From assembly GCF_009914755.1 (NCBI RefSeq), contig NC_060925.1: DNA of 64,000 nucleotides; one strand, written 5' to 3'. This stretch comes from the human T2T-CHM13v2.0 reference genome, Homo sapiens. Under the pieces are notes generated by a model. It did not search any database, had not been told where the DNA came from, and was given only the letters and a program-made list of their open reading frames with translations. Below, in pieces: positions 21,701-50,300 of this stretch (the stretch's first letter is position 1; every line of letters begins with the position of its first letter). The translations under genes were made by a program, and so were the position numbers.

Positions 21701-24302
21701 GCAGCCCCGGGCCCGGGCTGACTCACTGGGGGCCCCCTGCTGTGGCCTGGACCCTCACGCTATCCCGGGGAGAAGCAGAGAGGCCCCCAAGGGTCCTGGG
21801 GCCTGGAGGCAGGGTCCAGGCGGTAGCGGCTCCATGTCCTCGGACTCCAGCAGCCCAGACAGCCCGGGCATCCCCGAAAGGTCCCCCCGCTGGCCTGAGG
21901 GTGCCTGCAGGCAACCGGGGGCCCTGCAGGGAGAGATGAGTGCCTTGTTTGCTCAAAAGCTGGAGGAGATCAGGAGTAAATCCCCCATGTTCTCCGCCGG
22001 TAAGCCCCTCTTGCCCTGCGTGGTCCTCCCGCACGCCCCTGGCATGGCTGGGCCTGGGTCACCTGCTGCTGCTTCTGCGTGGACGGTGTCGCCTCGTGTG
22101 CTCGTGCTCGTGGCTCTGTATCCGTGGCACTGTCTCCGTGGCACTCTGCTCCCTTGGCTTGCCTGTGGCCCATAGCCCCAGCCCTCCTGTCTGAGCTTGA
22201 GGCCCTGGGACTTGGGTGGAGCTGGTTTGAGGCCCGACAGGCTGGGAAGAACCAGCTGCTCTTGCTGAGGGTCTGGGGCCGGGACTGTGGCCTGACATGC
22301 TGGGCCCCTCCGGCTGGGCGCTTCCCCAAACTCACCTCCTGGGCGGCTGGCGACCTGCATGGCCCCTGATGCCTTTCCTGGGACTGGGGGCCACGTACCA
22401 TCCCATTCCCACCTCCCTCTAGGGCAGGCTCCAGGGGTCCCTACTGGGAAGTCTGATGTGGGCAGGTAGTGCAGCTGCTGGGCGTCTCCTGCGCCCCTGG
22501 GACGCCTGGAGCCTGCTGAGTGCTGCGTGGAGTAGATTCCCTGGGCCCCAGGGCTTCGCTGCTTTGGGCTGAAGCACCCCACTAGAAGGGTGTCTCCTTA
22601 GCCTGGAGGGAGGGACATACACGGAGCCCGCCCCACACCACCCTGCCCCTCCAGACCCCCCTGACCAAGCTTTCCTTTCTGCCCCCACCCACGCTGCCTC
22701 CGTAGTTAGGAACTGAGAGCGGCGAGTGACAGGTAACGGGGCCCAGCCCCGGTGTCCCGTGCTGTCCCAGCCCAAGGAGGGCCCCGTGTGCGGCACAGGG
22801 CGTGGACTGGGCCCCAGCAGCAGCAGGGTGGGGACACCGAGTGTGCCGCGCCCGGGGGATGCCTCGGGGTGGGAGCTGGGCCTGGCGACCCTCGGCACAG
22901 GGCACCGGGGACACCACCCTGATCCGACTCCTCTCCGCCTCTCTCCCTGCCTCCCTCTCTCTCTTCTGCTTCTCCCTCTGGCTCTCTCTCACTCCCCCAC
23001 CTCCCCACAGACACCCGCCCCCTCTCCACGCAGCGGCCACTCCCCCCACTGTGCAGCCTGGAAACCATCGCTGAGGAGCCCGCCCCAGGCCCTGGTCCCC
23101 CGCCACCAGCGGCTGTCCCCACCAGCTCTTCTCAGGGACGGCCCCCATACCCCACAGGACCCGGAGCCAATGTGGCAAGCCCCCTAGAGGACACTGAGGA
23201 GCCCCGAGACAGCAGGCCTCGGCCGTGCAACGGCGAGGGCGCCGGCGGGGCATACGAGAGGGCCCCCGGCAGCCAGACGGACGGCAGGAGCCAGCCCCGG
23301 ACCCTGGGCCACCTGCCCGTGATTAGAAGGGTGAAGAGTGAGGGGCAGGTGCCCACGGAGCCCCTGGGAGGGTGGCGGCCCCTGGCCGCTCCCTTTCCAG
23401 CTCCTGCCGTGTACTCCGATGCCACGGGCAGTGACCCGCTGTGGCAGCGGCTGGAGCCATGTGGCCACCGAGACAGCGTTTCCTCCTCCTCCAGCATGTC
23501 ATCCAGCGACACTGTCATTGACCTCTCCCTGCCCAGCCTGGGCCTGGGCCGCAGCCGTGAGAACCTCGCTGGAGCCCACATGGGACGCCTGCCCCCCAGG
23601 CCCCACTCGGCTTCGGCTGCCCGCCCAGACCTGCCACCTGTGACCAAGAGCAAATCCAACCCCAACCTTCGGGCTACAGGCCAGCGGCCTCCCATACCTG
23701 ACGAACTGCAGCCCAGGTCCCTGGCCCCAAGGATGGCTGGCCTCCCCTTCCGGCCTCCCTGGGGCTGCCTTTCCCTGGTGGGCGTGCAGGACTGCCCCGT
23801 GGCTGCCAAGTCCAAGAGCCTGGGCGACCTCACTGCTGATGACTTTGCCCCTAGCTTTGAGGGCGGCTCCCGCAGACTGAGCCACAGCCTGGGCCTCCCG
23901 GGAGGGACACGGCGGGTGTCGGGGCCAGGGGTGAGACGGGACACCCTGACAGAGCAGCTGCGCTGGCTCACTGTCTTCCAGCAGGCAGGAGACATCACGT
24001 CACCCACCAGCCTGGGCCCGGCTGGGGAGGGGGTGGCAGGGGGCCCTGGTTTTGTGCGGCGCTCCTCCTCCCGCAGCCACAGCCGCGTGCGTGCCATTGC
24101 CAGCCGGGCCCGCCAGGCCCAGGAGCGGCAGCAGAGACTGCAGGGCCTGGGCCGGCAGGGACCCCCAGAAGAGGAGCGGGGCACCCCCGAGGGCGCCTGC
24201 TCCGTGGGCCACGAGGGCAGTGTGGATGCACCAGCACCCTCCAAGGGAGCCCTCGGGCCAGCATCCGCGGCTGCTGAAAACCTGGTCCTGCTCCGCCTCT
24301 GA
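3537..24302 (+). CDS. PLCH2: Phospholipase C eta 2, 5'-truncated in this window; 18 coding exons (EF-hand, X, X-Y linker, Y, C2, C-terminal tail)
   Basis: GT-AG exons 3537-3707, 6007-6100, 6273-6476, 6698-6818, 8307-8478, 8860-8967, 10292-10435, 13956-14048, 14588-14670, 15707-15804, 15928-16110, 16602-16709, 17623-17747, 17853-17937, 18193-18339, 18750-18829, 21201-21498, 23011-24302 join in one frame (3606 nt). PI-PLC motifs [28 protein letters not shown]; C2 DPFVEV/FNPTWEE; C-terminus LVLLRL. Confidence 0.97.
4605..4814. repeat. Minisatellite, 5 x 42 bp
   Basis: GCCTCAGCCTGGGGGTGCTGCTTAGGGACCTCCACTCTACTG, near-identical copies. Confidence 0.95.
6007..6100 (+). CDS. PLCH2: PLCH2 exon ([18 protein letters not shown]...GIDG)
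   Basis: cctag|ATGG acceptor, G|gtgagt donor. Confidence 0.93.
6273..6476 (+). CDS. PLCH2: PLCH2 exon, start of X domain ([20 protein letters not shown], catalytic His)
   Basis: ctgcag| acceptor, G|gtaagc donor; conserved PI-PLC X box. Confidence 0.95.
6698..6818 (+). CDS. PLCH2: PLCH2 exon, X domain ([22 protein letters not shown])
   Basis: ctgcag| acceptor, GA|gtgagt donor; second catalytic His. Confidence 0.95.
8307..8478 (+). CDS. PLCH2: PLCH2 exon, end of X domain ([11 protein letters not shown]...[14 protein letters not shown])
   Basis: ccacag| acceptor, AAG|gtgagt donor. Confidence 0.95.
8860..8967 (+). CDS. PLCH2: PLCH2 exon, acidic X-Y linker
   Basis: ccccag| acceptor, GAT|gtgagt donor; [20 protein letters not shown]. 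Confidence 0.92.
10292..10435 (+). CDS. PLCH2: PLCH2 exon, X-Y linker ([15 protein letters not shown]...GKLGRK)
   Basis: ctgcag| acceptor, AAG|gtagag donor (second candidate donor after 10450). Confidence 0.9.
10832..11161. repeat. Tandem duplication, 2 x 165 bp
   Basis: Units start CACAGAGCCTCCTTG at 10832 and 10997; ~95% identical. Confidence 0.9.
13956..14048 (+). CDS. PLCH2: PLCH2 exon, X-Y linker ([10 protein letters not shown]...FSRRK)
   Basis: ctcag| acceptor, AAG|gtccgg donor, frame-consistent. Confidence 0.88.
14091..14164. repeat. Minisatellite, 3 x 25 bp
   Basis: TGTCCTCCCTGCTCCCAGTGCCCCG. Confidence 0.85.
14588..14670 (+). CDS. PLCH2: PLCH2 exon, X-Y linker ([15 protein letters not shown]...QSRG)
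   Basis: cacag| acceptor, GG|gtaggt donor. Confidence 0.88.
15707..15804 (+). CDS. PLCH2: PLCH2 exon, start of Y domain ([16 protein letters not shown])
   Basis: ccacag| acceptor, G|gtgagt donor. Confidence 0.93.
15928..16110 (+). CDS. PLCH2: PLCH2 exon, Y domain (SSFSE...[28 protein letters not shown])
   Basis: ccacag| acceptor, G|gtgggt donor; Y box motifs. Confidence 0.95.
16602..16709 (+). CDS. PLCH2: PLCH2 exon, end of Y domain (VALNYQ...[10 protein letters not shown])
   Basis: tcgcag| acceptor, G|gtgagg donor. Confidence 0.95.
17623..17747 (+). CDS. PLCH2: PLCH2 exon, start of C2 domain ([14 protein letters not shown])
   Basis: cctcag| acceptor, GAG|gtgggg donor. Confidence 0.93.
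17853..17937 (+). CDS. PLCH2: PLCH2 exon, C2 domain ([12 protein letters not shown]...VDDNG)
   Basis: tcccag| acceptor, G|gtgagg donor. Confidence 0.93.
18193..18339 (+). CDS. PLCH2: PLCH2 exon, C2 domain (FNPTWEETL...[12 protein letters not shown])
   Basis: ccccag| acceptor, G|gtgggc donor. Confidence 0.93.
18750..18829 (+). CDS. PLCH2: PLCH2 exon, end of C2 domain (GYRHVYL...DISGK)
   Basis: ctccag| acceptor, AAG|gtgagt donor. Confidence 0.93.
19886..19968. repeat. Pyrimidine-rich 20-bp tandem repeat (~4 copies)
   Basis: TCAGTCCTCCCTCCCCTCCC. Confidence 0.85.
21201..21498 (+). CDS. PLCH2: PLCH2 penultimate exon, short form (VKQALGLKG...GSGSPR)
   Basis: ttgcag| acceptor, G|gtaagg donor. 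Confidence 0.9.
21499..21999 (+). CDS. PLCH2: PLCH2 alternative in-frame extension of penultimate exon ([10 protein letters not shown]...[14 protein letters not shown])
   Basis: Open frame continues to a second strong, same-phase donor G|gtaagc at 21999/22000. Confidence 0.75.
22706..22732 (+). CDS. PLCH2: PLCH2 27-nt alternative microexon encoding V-R-N-stop
   Basis: Pyrimidine tract and cgtag| acceptor; (G)TT AGG AAC TGA; CAG|gtaacg donor. Confidence 0.7.
23011..24302 (+). CDS. PLCH2: PLCH2 last coding exon (Pro/Ser-rich tail ending LVLLRL)
   Basis: Long pyrimidine tract and ccacag| acceptor; ORF to TGA 24300-24302. Confidence 0.92.
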
Positions 24303-24594
24303 CCGTCAGTGGTGGGAACCTGGGCGGCTCTGGAGGCCCAGGGCAGGGGTGGGCGTGTTGTTTGCTCAGGAAACAGGGCAGCCAGGCCCCCAAAACTGTG
24401 TCCCCCTGGCTGCCCTGTGTCCCCTCCACCCCTGCCTCCCTCCTGCCCCTGCTCCCGGGGAGGAAAGGCTAAAGCTGCTGGCCCGGGGCCCACAGGAGGG
24501 GCTTCGAGGCTGGCCCTGCCAGGCAGTTTTCCCGGCGTTTTAGGATCTGTACATAGAGAAATATTTAAATTTTTAGAAGCAAAACTTATACAAC

Positions 24595-24600
24595 ATTAAA
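24595..24600 (+). terminator. PLCH2 polyadenylation signal ATTAAA
   Basis: ATTAAA in an AT-rich patch ~290 nt after the stop, followed by T-rich and GT-rich elements. Confidence 0.7.
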
Positions 24601-27600
24601 ATGATACCAAGTCCCTTTCCATTTTTACCTGGTTTTTCACCCCAGGTGTGTGTGGTGTGCATCTGTGCGCACCTGTCCTGAGCCTGCCCCGGGAGGCGCG
24701 GCTGACCTGGCCACGGCACAGGCGGGGGTGCTTGTGAGGCACCAGGGCTGCTCAGGACGGCCGTCTGGGCCTTGCCCTGAAGCCTGTATCTGCCTTGCAC
24801 CGACCACGCCACCCTCTGCACCATGCCTAAGCCTCTGTCAACTCCCAAACGTGGTTCTGATAAACGTGCTCACCAGCACGCATGGGCTTCCCGTTCGCTC
24901 AGCCTCCTGTGCCACTTACTTACCAGGTGCCCGTCGGAGCCTGCGCCAGGCCCAGAAGACACCCCAAGAAAAGACCTGGCCTGTCCTCAGAGGGCTGAGC
25001 TGGACAGGCTCCCAGGGTAGGCTGCAAAGCCTGCTCCTCAGGACGCAGGCCCTAACCCCGGGCCACAGGCCCCCCAACCCGGGGGACTGCTCTGCCTGCA
25101 GAGCATGGTGGTTCCAGAAAGGCCCCTACCCTAGAGAAGCTGGGGTGCTGGTCGGGCCTCTGGAAGCCTGTGCTGCAGCCCGTCCTCTGCTGCCCCAACA
25201 GTGGGAGTGGGTGTGGCCCACCCTGTGGCCAGGGGAGTCAGGGGATGTCCTGCCCCATGAGGCTCTGTCACCTGCGGCTGCCCAAGGGGCCTGCCCGGCG
25301 CACCACCCGGATAAGCACTGCTCTGTCGGGGTATCCCGTCTCACCCCTGGCTGCGTTGTGCCCAGGCAGGGCCCTTGGGAAGGCGGGCCTGAGGCCCGGA
25401 GGCCGGGATCCTGGGGTGCTGGGGGAGCTCTAAGGGGGCTGTTCTGCCCTCACCATGTTCCTGCACTGACAGGGATTGTGGGCGGCCACAGGAATCGCTG
25501 TCACCACTTCCCCAGCTCAGCCAGGCAGAGGGGCCACTGGTGCCGCCCTTCCCCCAGCCCCACCACGCCCCTCAGAGAGAGCCTGGCAGGACTTCGTCAT
25601 CCTCGAGCCCCAGAACACTTGCGTGTGGGCAGCTGCAGCCCCACCGAGAGCAGGGGTGTGGTGAGCTGGTTGCCTGGGGCCCGGGGCGGCACCTGAACCT
25701 GAGGAGTCTCAGCTCTGGGACAGGGGACTCACAGAGCCCCCGGCAGTGACACTGACAGCAGCCTGGTGACCGAGGCCTCCTGGCGAGCCCCCAAGTGGTG
25801 CCGTGGGCAGGGCAGAGGTTGGGGAGCCAGCTGGGGGTCTGCGGGAGTCAAGGAGGGGCTGAGGGCCTGGGGCCAGCTCGTGTTTTGAGGAAAGCGCCGT
25901 TGAAATGGCCACATCAAGGGAACAAGGCAGAGGCCAGAGCCCTCCTGCTCCAGCTCCGGCTTCGGCGGGAAAGGGCTGGGGAAGGGCTGGGAAAGGGCTG
26001 GGGAAGGGCTGGGGTCACAGAGGCTGGGGTTGCCCGGAGGCACAGGGGTGCCTGGCTCATAGGCTGGGTGGCCCCTTGTGCAAGAGGGGAGCTGAGGCCG
26101 TGGCCACCGGCAGGCCCTGCATGGGGGTGTGCAGGGGCTGAGCCTGGGCTAGGCCCTGGTGTCTTTGTCCTGGCTCTGTCCTTCCAGGCCTCTGTGCATC
26201 CCCCACCTCCTCCTCGGCATCCTGTCTGGGCCAGGCTCAGGCCAAACCTCTGTAGTGGGTGCGTCCCCAGCACAGATGGACTCTCCAACCCCGGGGTCAA
26301 GCCCTGTGGGTGTCAGGCCAGGCAGTCACACATCCGGGTGCCCAGAGCGGCCAGGCCACTGCTGCCACCCACCACCAGTGAGGGTGGGGCCAGGATGGGA
26401 GCAAGAGCTGGAGGGGCTGAGTGGGGTCAGGGAAGGCTACAGAGATGCAGGCTGGGAGGGCTTCCCCATCAGAGAGCCGGGCCTGAGGAGAGGGCCGGAA
26501 AGTGGTGAGGGCCCATGGGGTTCCGGGGGCTGGGCCTCTGCCCTGGGGACCCACAGGAGGGAGAAGCTGGAGCCAGGGGGACAGTCCACCTCAGGATAGC
26601 CCAGCTGCCCCCGGGCTCCTCTGCCAGGACACGAGACCCTTTGGTGGCCGCTGCACGAGGGCTGGGACTCAGGTTCCACGCAGACTCCAAGGGCAGGTCA
26701 CGAAGAGACACCACAGTGGGGGCCAGAAATGGCCACTGGGCACCTCTGGGCAGGCCAGGTCTCCATGAGGGAGGGGTCTTAGCCTCTGCAGGTTCCAGAC
26801 CACCAAGCAAAGCTGTCTGGAAGGTGATCCATGCCACCCCACCTCCTTGGCCTAGGACAGCCTGTGCTTGGGGGTCTCAGTGAAGCCTCTGGATGTGGGG
26901 GACCCCAGCGGGGGTGGGGGTGGTGGGGCAAGGTAGCAGCTCAGCCTCCTCAGGGCCTGCCCAGCAGCTCAGCACCAGGAACAGCTCCCACCACATGAAG
27001 TCAAAGCTGGGGGCCTGCAGCCAGCCCACCCCAGCAGGGCCTCCGCAAGCCCTGTGCCCTCCTGCCCTCTCTACGATGCTATGTGTGGTCTCAATCCCAC
27101 ACCTGGGCTGAGGGGGAGGACCCCCAGGCGCCTCAGAGCTCCCAGGGGCCAGGCCCAGCGGGCCTCCCTGCTGCCAGCTCCCACCAGCCATGCCCACCCT
27201 AGCCACAGAACACGGCCCCAGGGAGCCTGGTCCCAAGGCCATAGCAACAAAACCCACGCGGTCCACACAGTTCCTAGCAGGGTCCACGTCGGCCCCTGGC
27301 TGCCTGAGAGCCCTTGAGGGTGATCGATGTTGAGCGCTCCTTTCCCAGGCTCTCGAGTCAGGAATTGCTGCTCAGCACCCACACATCCCGCAGGTGCAGG
27401 GGGAGGGCGCTGGAGGGACGAGGGTGGCTGAGTTGGTTCTTCTGGCCCGGAGGGAGCGGTGAGAGACGCAGGGGCCCGGGGCCATGGGGTCTGCGGGGCG
27501 GCTGGCACTCGTTGCCTACAAGGTCTAGAAGCAGCGCAGGGAAGGGCTCCCGCTCTGGGCTCCCCCCATGGGAGGAGTCGGGAGGGGCCCCTGCTCCGAA

Positions 27601-27701
27601 ATAAAACATCGCAGATGGCTCCGGCCTCTTTTAAAAACTCTATTTGGTGCGTGCCCACGGTGCTGCGTCCCGTCAGACATACCTGTATAGATCTCTCTAT
27701 T

Positions 27702-27719
27702 TATATATATATATATATA
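27702..27719. repeat. (TA)9 microsatellite in PANK4 3' UTR region
   Basis: tatatatatatatatata. Confidence 0.85.
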
Positions 27720-27935
27720 AAAGGTTCTTTAGCAGTTAAATAGATTCCAATATGAACGTCTCCCAGGACAAAGCTGCGTCTCGCCTCTGGGTCACACGCA
27801 TCTGTGCGGCTGGGGTGTATGTGCCGCGTCACAGCAGTACCATATAAATACGTTGATTTGAACGCAGTTTCCCTGTGGTGGTAAAAACACATTCCTGACA
27901 AGTGACAAGCAGAAGAGTCCGGCAGCTGCAGCGCC

Positions 27936-46560
<18,625 letters not shown>

Positions 46561-48409
46561 CGCCCACCTGCTTCTAAGGGGGCACGTGGGTCTGCAGACT
46601 GTCAGAGAGCCCTGCCCTTCAGCGAGTGCCTGCTGTAAGCTTGGCCCTGCACGCCAGGGCGAATGTGATGCGCTCTTTGCTAGGGTGACTCAATCCTGGC
46701 TTCCCAGGGGCGTGGGACTTTCAATGTTAAAAGTCCCATGCAAACCAGAGGAGTGGGGAACCCTGCCCCACCTGGGAGGAGCCCCAGCCTGGCATGCACC
46801 TGCGGGTAGGGAAGATGTGTGCTGTAATGGCGATCCGTGGAAAGTGCTGTGGTCGGGGGAAGCCAGGCAGGCTGCCTGTGGGCAAGACAGGTGCCTGGGA
46901 GGCTGCAGGAACAAGCCTTGGAAGCAGCTGGAGCCAGGACAGGGGTATAGGTGGGGCAGGCCAGGGTTCCAGGGTGAGTGGCTGGGAAGCCCTGCTGGCA
47001 TGAAGAGATGCGTCTTCTCCAGAGGCTCTGGGCGCCTTGGGAAAAAGCCCAGTGTTGGAAGCAGACAGATCAGCCCCTCCCGGGTAACCCGGGGTCATTA
47101 CTGCATGTCTCTGGCCCTCAGCCTCTGTCTGCACGTGGAGAATGCCACCAGCTGCCTGGCAGGGCTCCTGGGAGCACAGGCCTGTGGGGCGGCACAAACT
47201 CCAGGGATAATGCATCTGTGTGCGCAGGGCAAGCCTTCAGGGAGGAGGCATCCTTGCCTGTGTCTTCCAAGGGGGTGGGTGTGTGGCTCTGGAGGGGGAG
47301 CCTGCCCCAGGGAGGCCTGGGTGGAAGAGTGGAGCACACCCCAGGCGGCTTAGACCTCTGGCAGCTCAGACCCCTGGCAGCATGGTGTGCCATGGGCCAG
47401 GCTGGCAGGAGGTGCCCTCCATGAGGGGCGCCCACCTGTGTGCCCACTGAACATGCGGGAAACATGCAGGTGAATGGGGGCCTTCCCTGTCCTCTGCCCA
47501 CCATACCCCGGGGCTCGGTAGGGACCACTGGCAGGCACTGGGTTGGTCTGGTGGGGGGACCCTGTCTAGACTGCCTGTGGAGTAGCCAGAAAGGGGCTGA
47601 AGGCTGAGCGGAGCGAGAGGGGCTGAGCAGGAAGGAGCAGGCAGGGCAGGCCCACACACGGGGCTACCATTCAGCGGGGGTGGGAATGCGGCCCACTCCG
47701 GCCCAATCCTTGCTGGATGGATTTTGCCCCTTGGGAGCTGGTCCCTGGGAGCCACAGGCCTCAGTTCTTGCAGACTCAGCCAACACCCTGTGGCCTGCCT
47801 AAAAATACATGCCCTTTCTGAGGCAAGGGATGGCCCCGTGCAGGCTCCTGCCAGGACTGCCAGATCCTGCCTTGGCACGGTGGCCAGCGGGCAGGTGTCC
47901 CCGGAGCCCATGCCAGGACTGGCGCTGCAGGCCGTGGGAGTGTGCAGCAGCAACTCGGGGCAAATGTTTTCTCCTGTTTGGCCCAGGGCCAAGCCCCTTT
48001 GGCTGTAGCAACAGATCTACTGCGGGCTGTGGCCCTGGGTCGCCTCTCAGTGGACACAGCCTAAGGTCCTGCGCTGTCACCTTGCCCCACCCCTACCTTC
48101 CGGAAGCTAGTGAAAGGCCTGGGCGGGGGGAGACCCAGGGCTCCGACCATGTCCACCCCTCCAGCCCACCTCCCCCTGCCCCTGCCCCTCACCTGCTTTC
48201 CCTCCATCCCTCCCTCCCCCTGTTCTTCCGGAGCAAGGACCCCACCCTTCTTCCGGGGTCCAGGGGGCCACTGGCAGGGGTCCCTCCCTGCTTAACTGCT
48301 ACCATGGCCCTGCCCATTCCCCTTCACCCCTGCAGACCCGCTCCATGGCTGCCAAGGACAGGCGTGAGGCACAGCAGACGACACTGTGTTGGGGGCTGAA
48401 CAATCAGAT

Positions 48410-48415
48410 TTTATT
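48410..48415 (-). terminator. HES5 polyadenylation signal AATAAA
   Basis: TTTATT on + strand ~700 nt beyond the HES5 stop, followed on - strand by GT-rich sequence. Confidence 0.75.
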
Positions 48416-48949
48416 ATGGCGGCTTCGGAGCAGTCCCGTGGCTTCCACGTGACTGAGAGTTCAATTTCTGAGTACAAAGTCGTGCCCACACGCATCCACC
48501 CACACAGAGGAATCCTTTAAGGATCATAGTGGAGGCACCCACCCTCCCCAGACAGCCCACCGTGAGCCCCAGCCAGACCACCAGGCACACTCAGGAGCCT
48601 TTTGGCCATGGCCCTCAGGGTCCTGGACGCCCGTCCGGGGTGATCACTGTTTCCTATGAGGATACAGCTCGAGTTCGGCCTTCACAAAAGGCAAATGTGC
48701 CCGCGGCACAGCCCGCCTGCCAGGGGTACGCCCAGCAGCTACGGGCCCTGAAGAAAGTCCTCTACAGGCTGGGGGCAGCAGTGTGCGAGCCCCGGCACTA
48801 CAAATATCATAGAACCCCGGGCGGCCGGGGACTTCCCAGAAGTCACTTGCTTAAATGCAAACACAGAACAACCCCATGGGGTCAGACACTTGGCAGAAGA
48901 TGGGCCCTGATTGTCCTAAAACGGCAGGGACTCTGCACACACATTCTCT

Positions 48950-50250
48950 GAGAATGGGGCTCCTGCGGGCCGGCCAGCTTGGGGCCAGAGCCTTCCGGAG
49001 AAGGGCGCGTCCAAGCCCGGGGCGGACGACGGCGGGAAGGCGCTTCCCTACAGGCGAGAGGAGCAGGCTCGCCCTCTGGTCGTCGGGCCGCGCGCCCGCA
49101 GGTCCCGCCGGGTCACCAGGGCCGCCAGAGGCCGCAGGCGGGCTGGTGCGCGGCGGCGGCGGCGGCGGTGGCCTTGGCGGAGAGCGCGGGCGGGGGCGCG
49201 GCGCCCGGCGCCTTGGGCTCCTTGGCGGGCGCGGCGGGCGCGGCCGGGGGCCGCTGGAAGTGGTACAGCAGCTTCATCTGCGTGTCGCTGGCGGCGTGGA
49301 GCGTCAGGAACTGCACGGCCTCCTGCAGGCACCACGAGTAGCCTTCGCTGTAGTCCTGGTGCAGGCTCTTGGGGCCGGCGGCGGCGACGAAGGCTGCGGG
49401 GAGACGCGGCGGCGGTGAGCGGGCGGCGGGGCGCGGGGGAGCCGGGGCGCGGTGGGAACTCGGGGCGCGGGGGGCCCGGGCGCGCTCACCTTTGCTGTGC
49501 TTCAGGTAGCTGACAGCCATCTCCAGGATGTCGGCCTTCTCCAGCTTGGAGTTGGGCTGGTGCCGCGCGAACTCCTGCTCCAGCAGCAGCTTCAGCTGCT
49601 CGATGCTGCTGTTGATGCGGTCGCGGCGCATCTTCTCCACCACCGGCTTCCGCAGCTGCGGGAGGAGGGGGTGTCAGGCTGGCCCGGCACGGCGCAGGGA
49701 CCCCCGAGGACCGGAGGCCGCGGGGACAGCGCGCCGGGCGAGTCTGGTACTTACTCGGTTTTTCTCTTTGGGGCTGAGCAGCTCCACGGCCACAGTGCTG
49801 GGGGCCATGCCTGGCGCGGAACAGGCGACGAGGCGACGCGGGGAGGCCGGGCGAGACGAGGCGAGCGGGCGCGGGCAAGGCCAAGCGCGTCCCGGGCTGG
49901 CGCGGACACCGGCCCCGCGCGCCGACGCCCTATATAGGCGCGGGCGGCGGCCTGGCGCCTGGAGTCCGGGCGCCGCGGCCGTTCCCACACTCCGCGGCCA
50001 ATGGCCGGGCGGGCCGCACAAAGGCGCCGGCCCATTAGCGCACGCTAAATTGCCTGTGAATTGGCGCGGGCACAATGGGCGCTCCCCAAGGAGCAGGTGG
50101 GCCGCGCGGCACAATGTCCGGGCTGTGGGAACGCGCTCGCCCTCATTAGCATCCCGGGGCCTGATGCCGGGAGCCCCGCGCCTCAATATGCTGCCTTTTC
50201 CCAGGCCGCCAAACGGGAGGGGGGCAGGAAGGAGGGCCCCCTCCCCCGCC
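48950..50250. other. CpG island covering HES5
   Basis: Very high CpG/GC density over the gene body and promoter. Confidence 0.85.
49113..49808 (-). CDS. HES5: HES5 bHLH-Orange transcriptional repressor (Notch target), 3 exons
   Basis: Exons 49808-49755, 49655-49490, 49393-49113 = 501 nt (166 aa); LRKPVVEKMRRDRIN...LEKADILEMAV bHLH, Orange domain, C-terminal WRPW. Confidence 0.98.
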
Positions 50251-50300
50251 CTCCCCTCCGCTCCCCTCCCCTGCCTCTCCCCAGCGGCTTCCCACTGCTG
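49931..50300 (-). promoter_or_regulatory. HES5 proximal promoter: TATA box, CCAAT box, RBPJ/CSL sites and SOX sites
   Basis: TATATA 49931-49936; TGTGGGAA (-) 49982-49989 and (+) 50124-50131; TTCCCAC 50289-50295; CCAAT 49998-50002; CACAAAG 50017-50023; CACAATG 50071-50077 and 50110-50116. Confidence 0.85.

Noticed and set aside
23132-24493. 453-aa ORF on the - strand
   Set aside because: Antisense shadow of the GC-rich PLCH2 last exon.
24650-25696. 348-aa ORF downstream of PLCH2
   Set aside because: No domain, non-ATG start, low-information composition.
26968-26988. RE1/REST-like motif CTCAGCACCAGGAACAGCTCC
   Set aside because: Mismatch in the critical GG of the right half-site (GAACAG versus GGACAG); not supportable without ChIP data.
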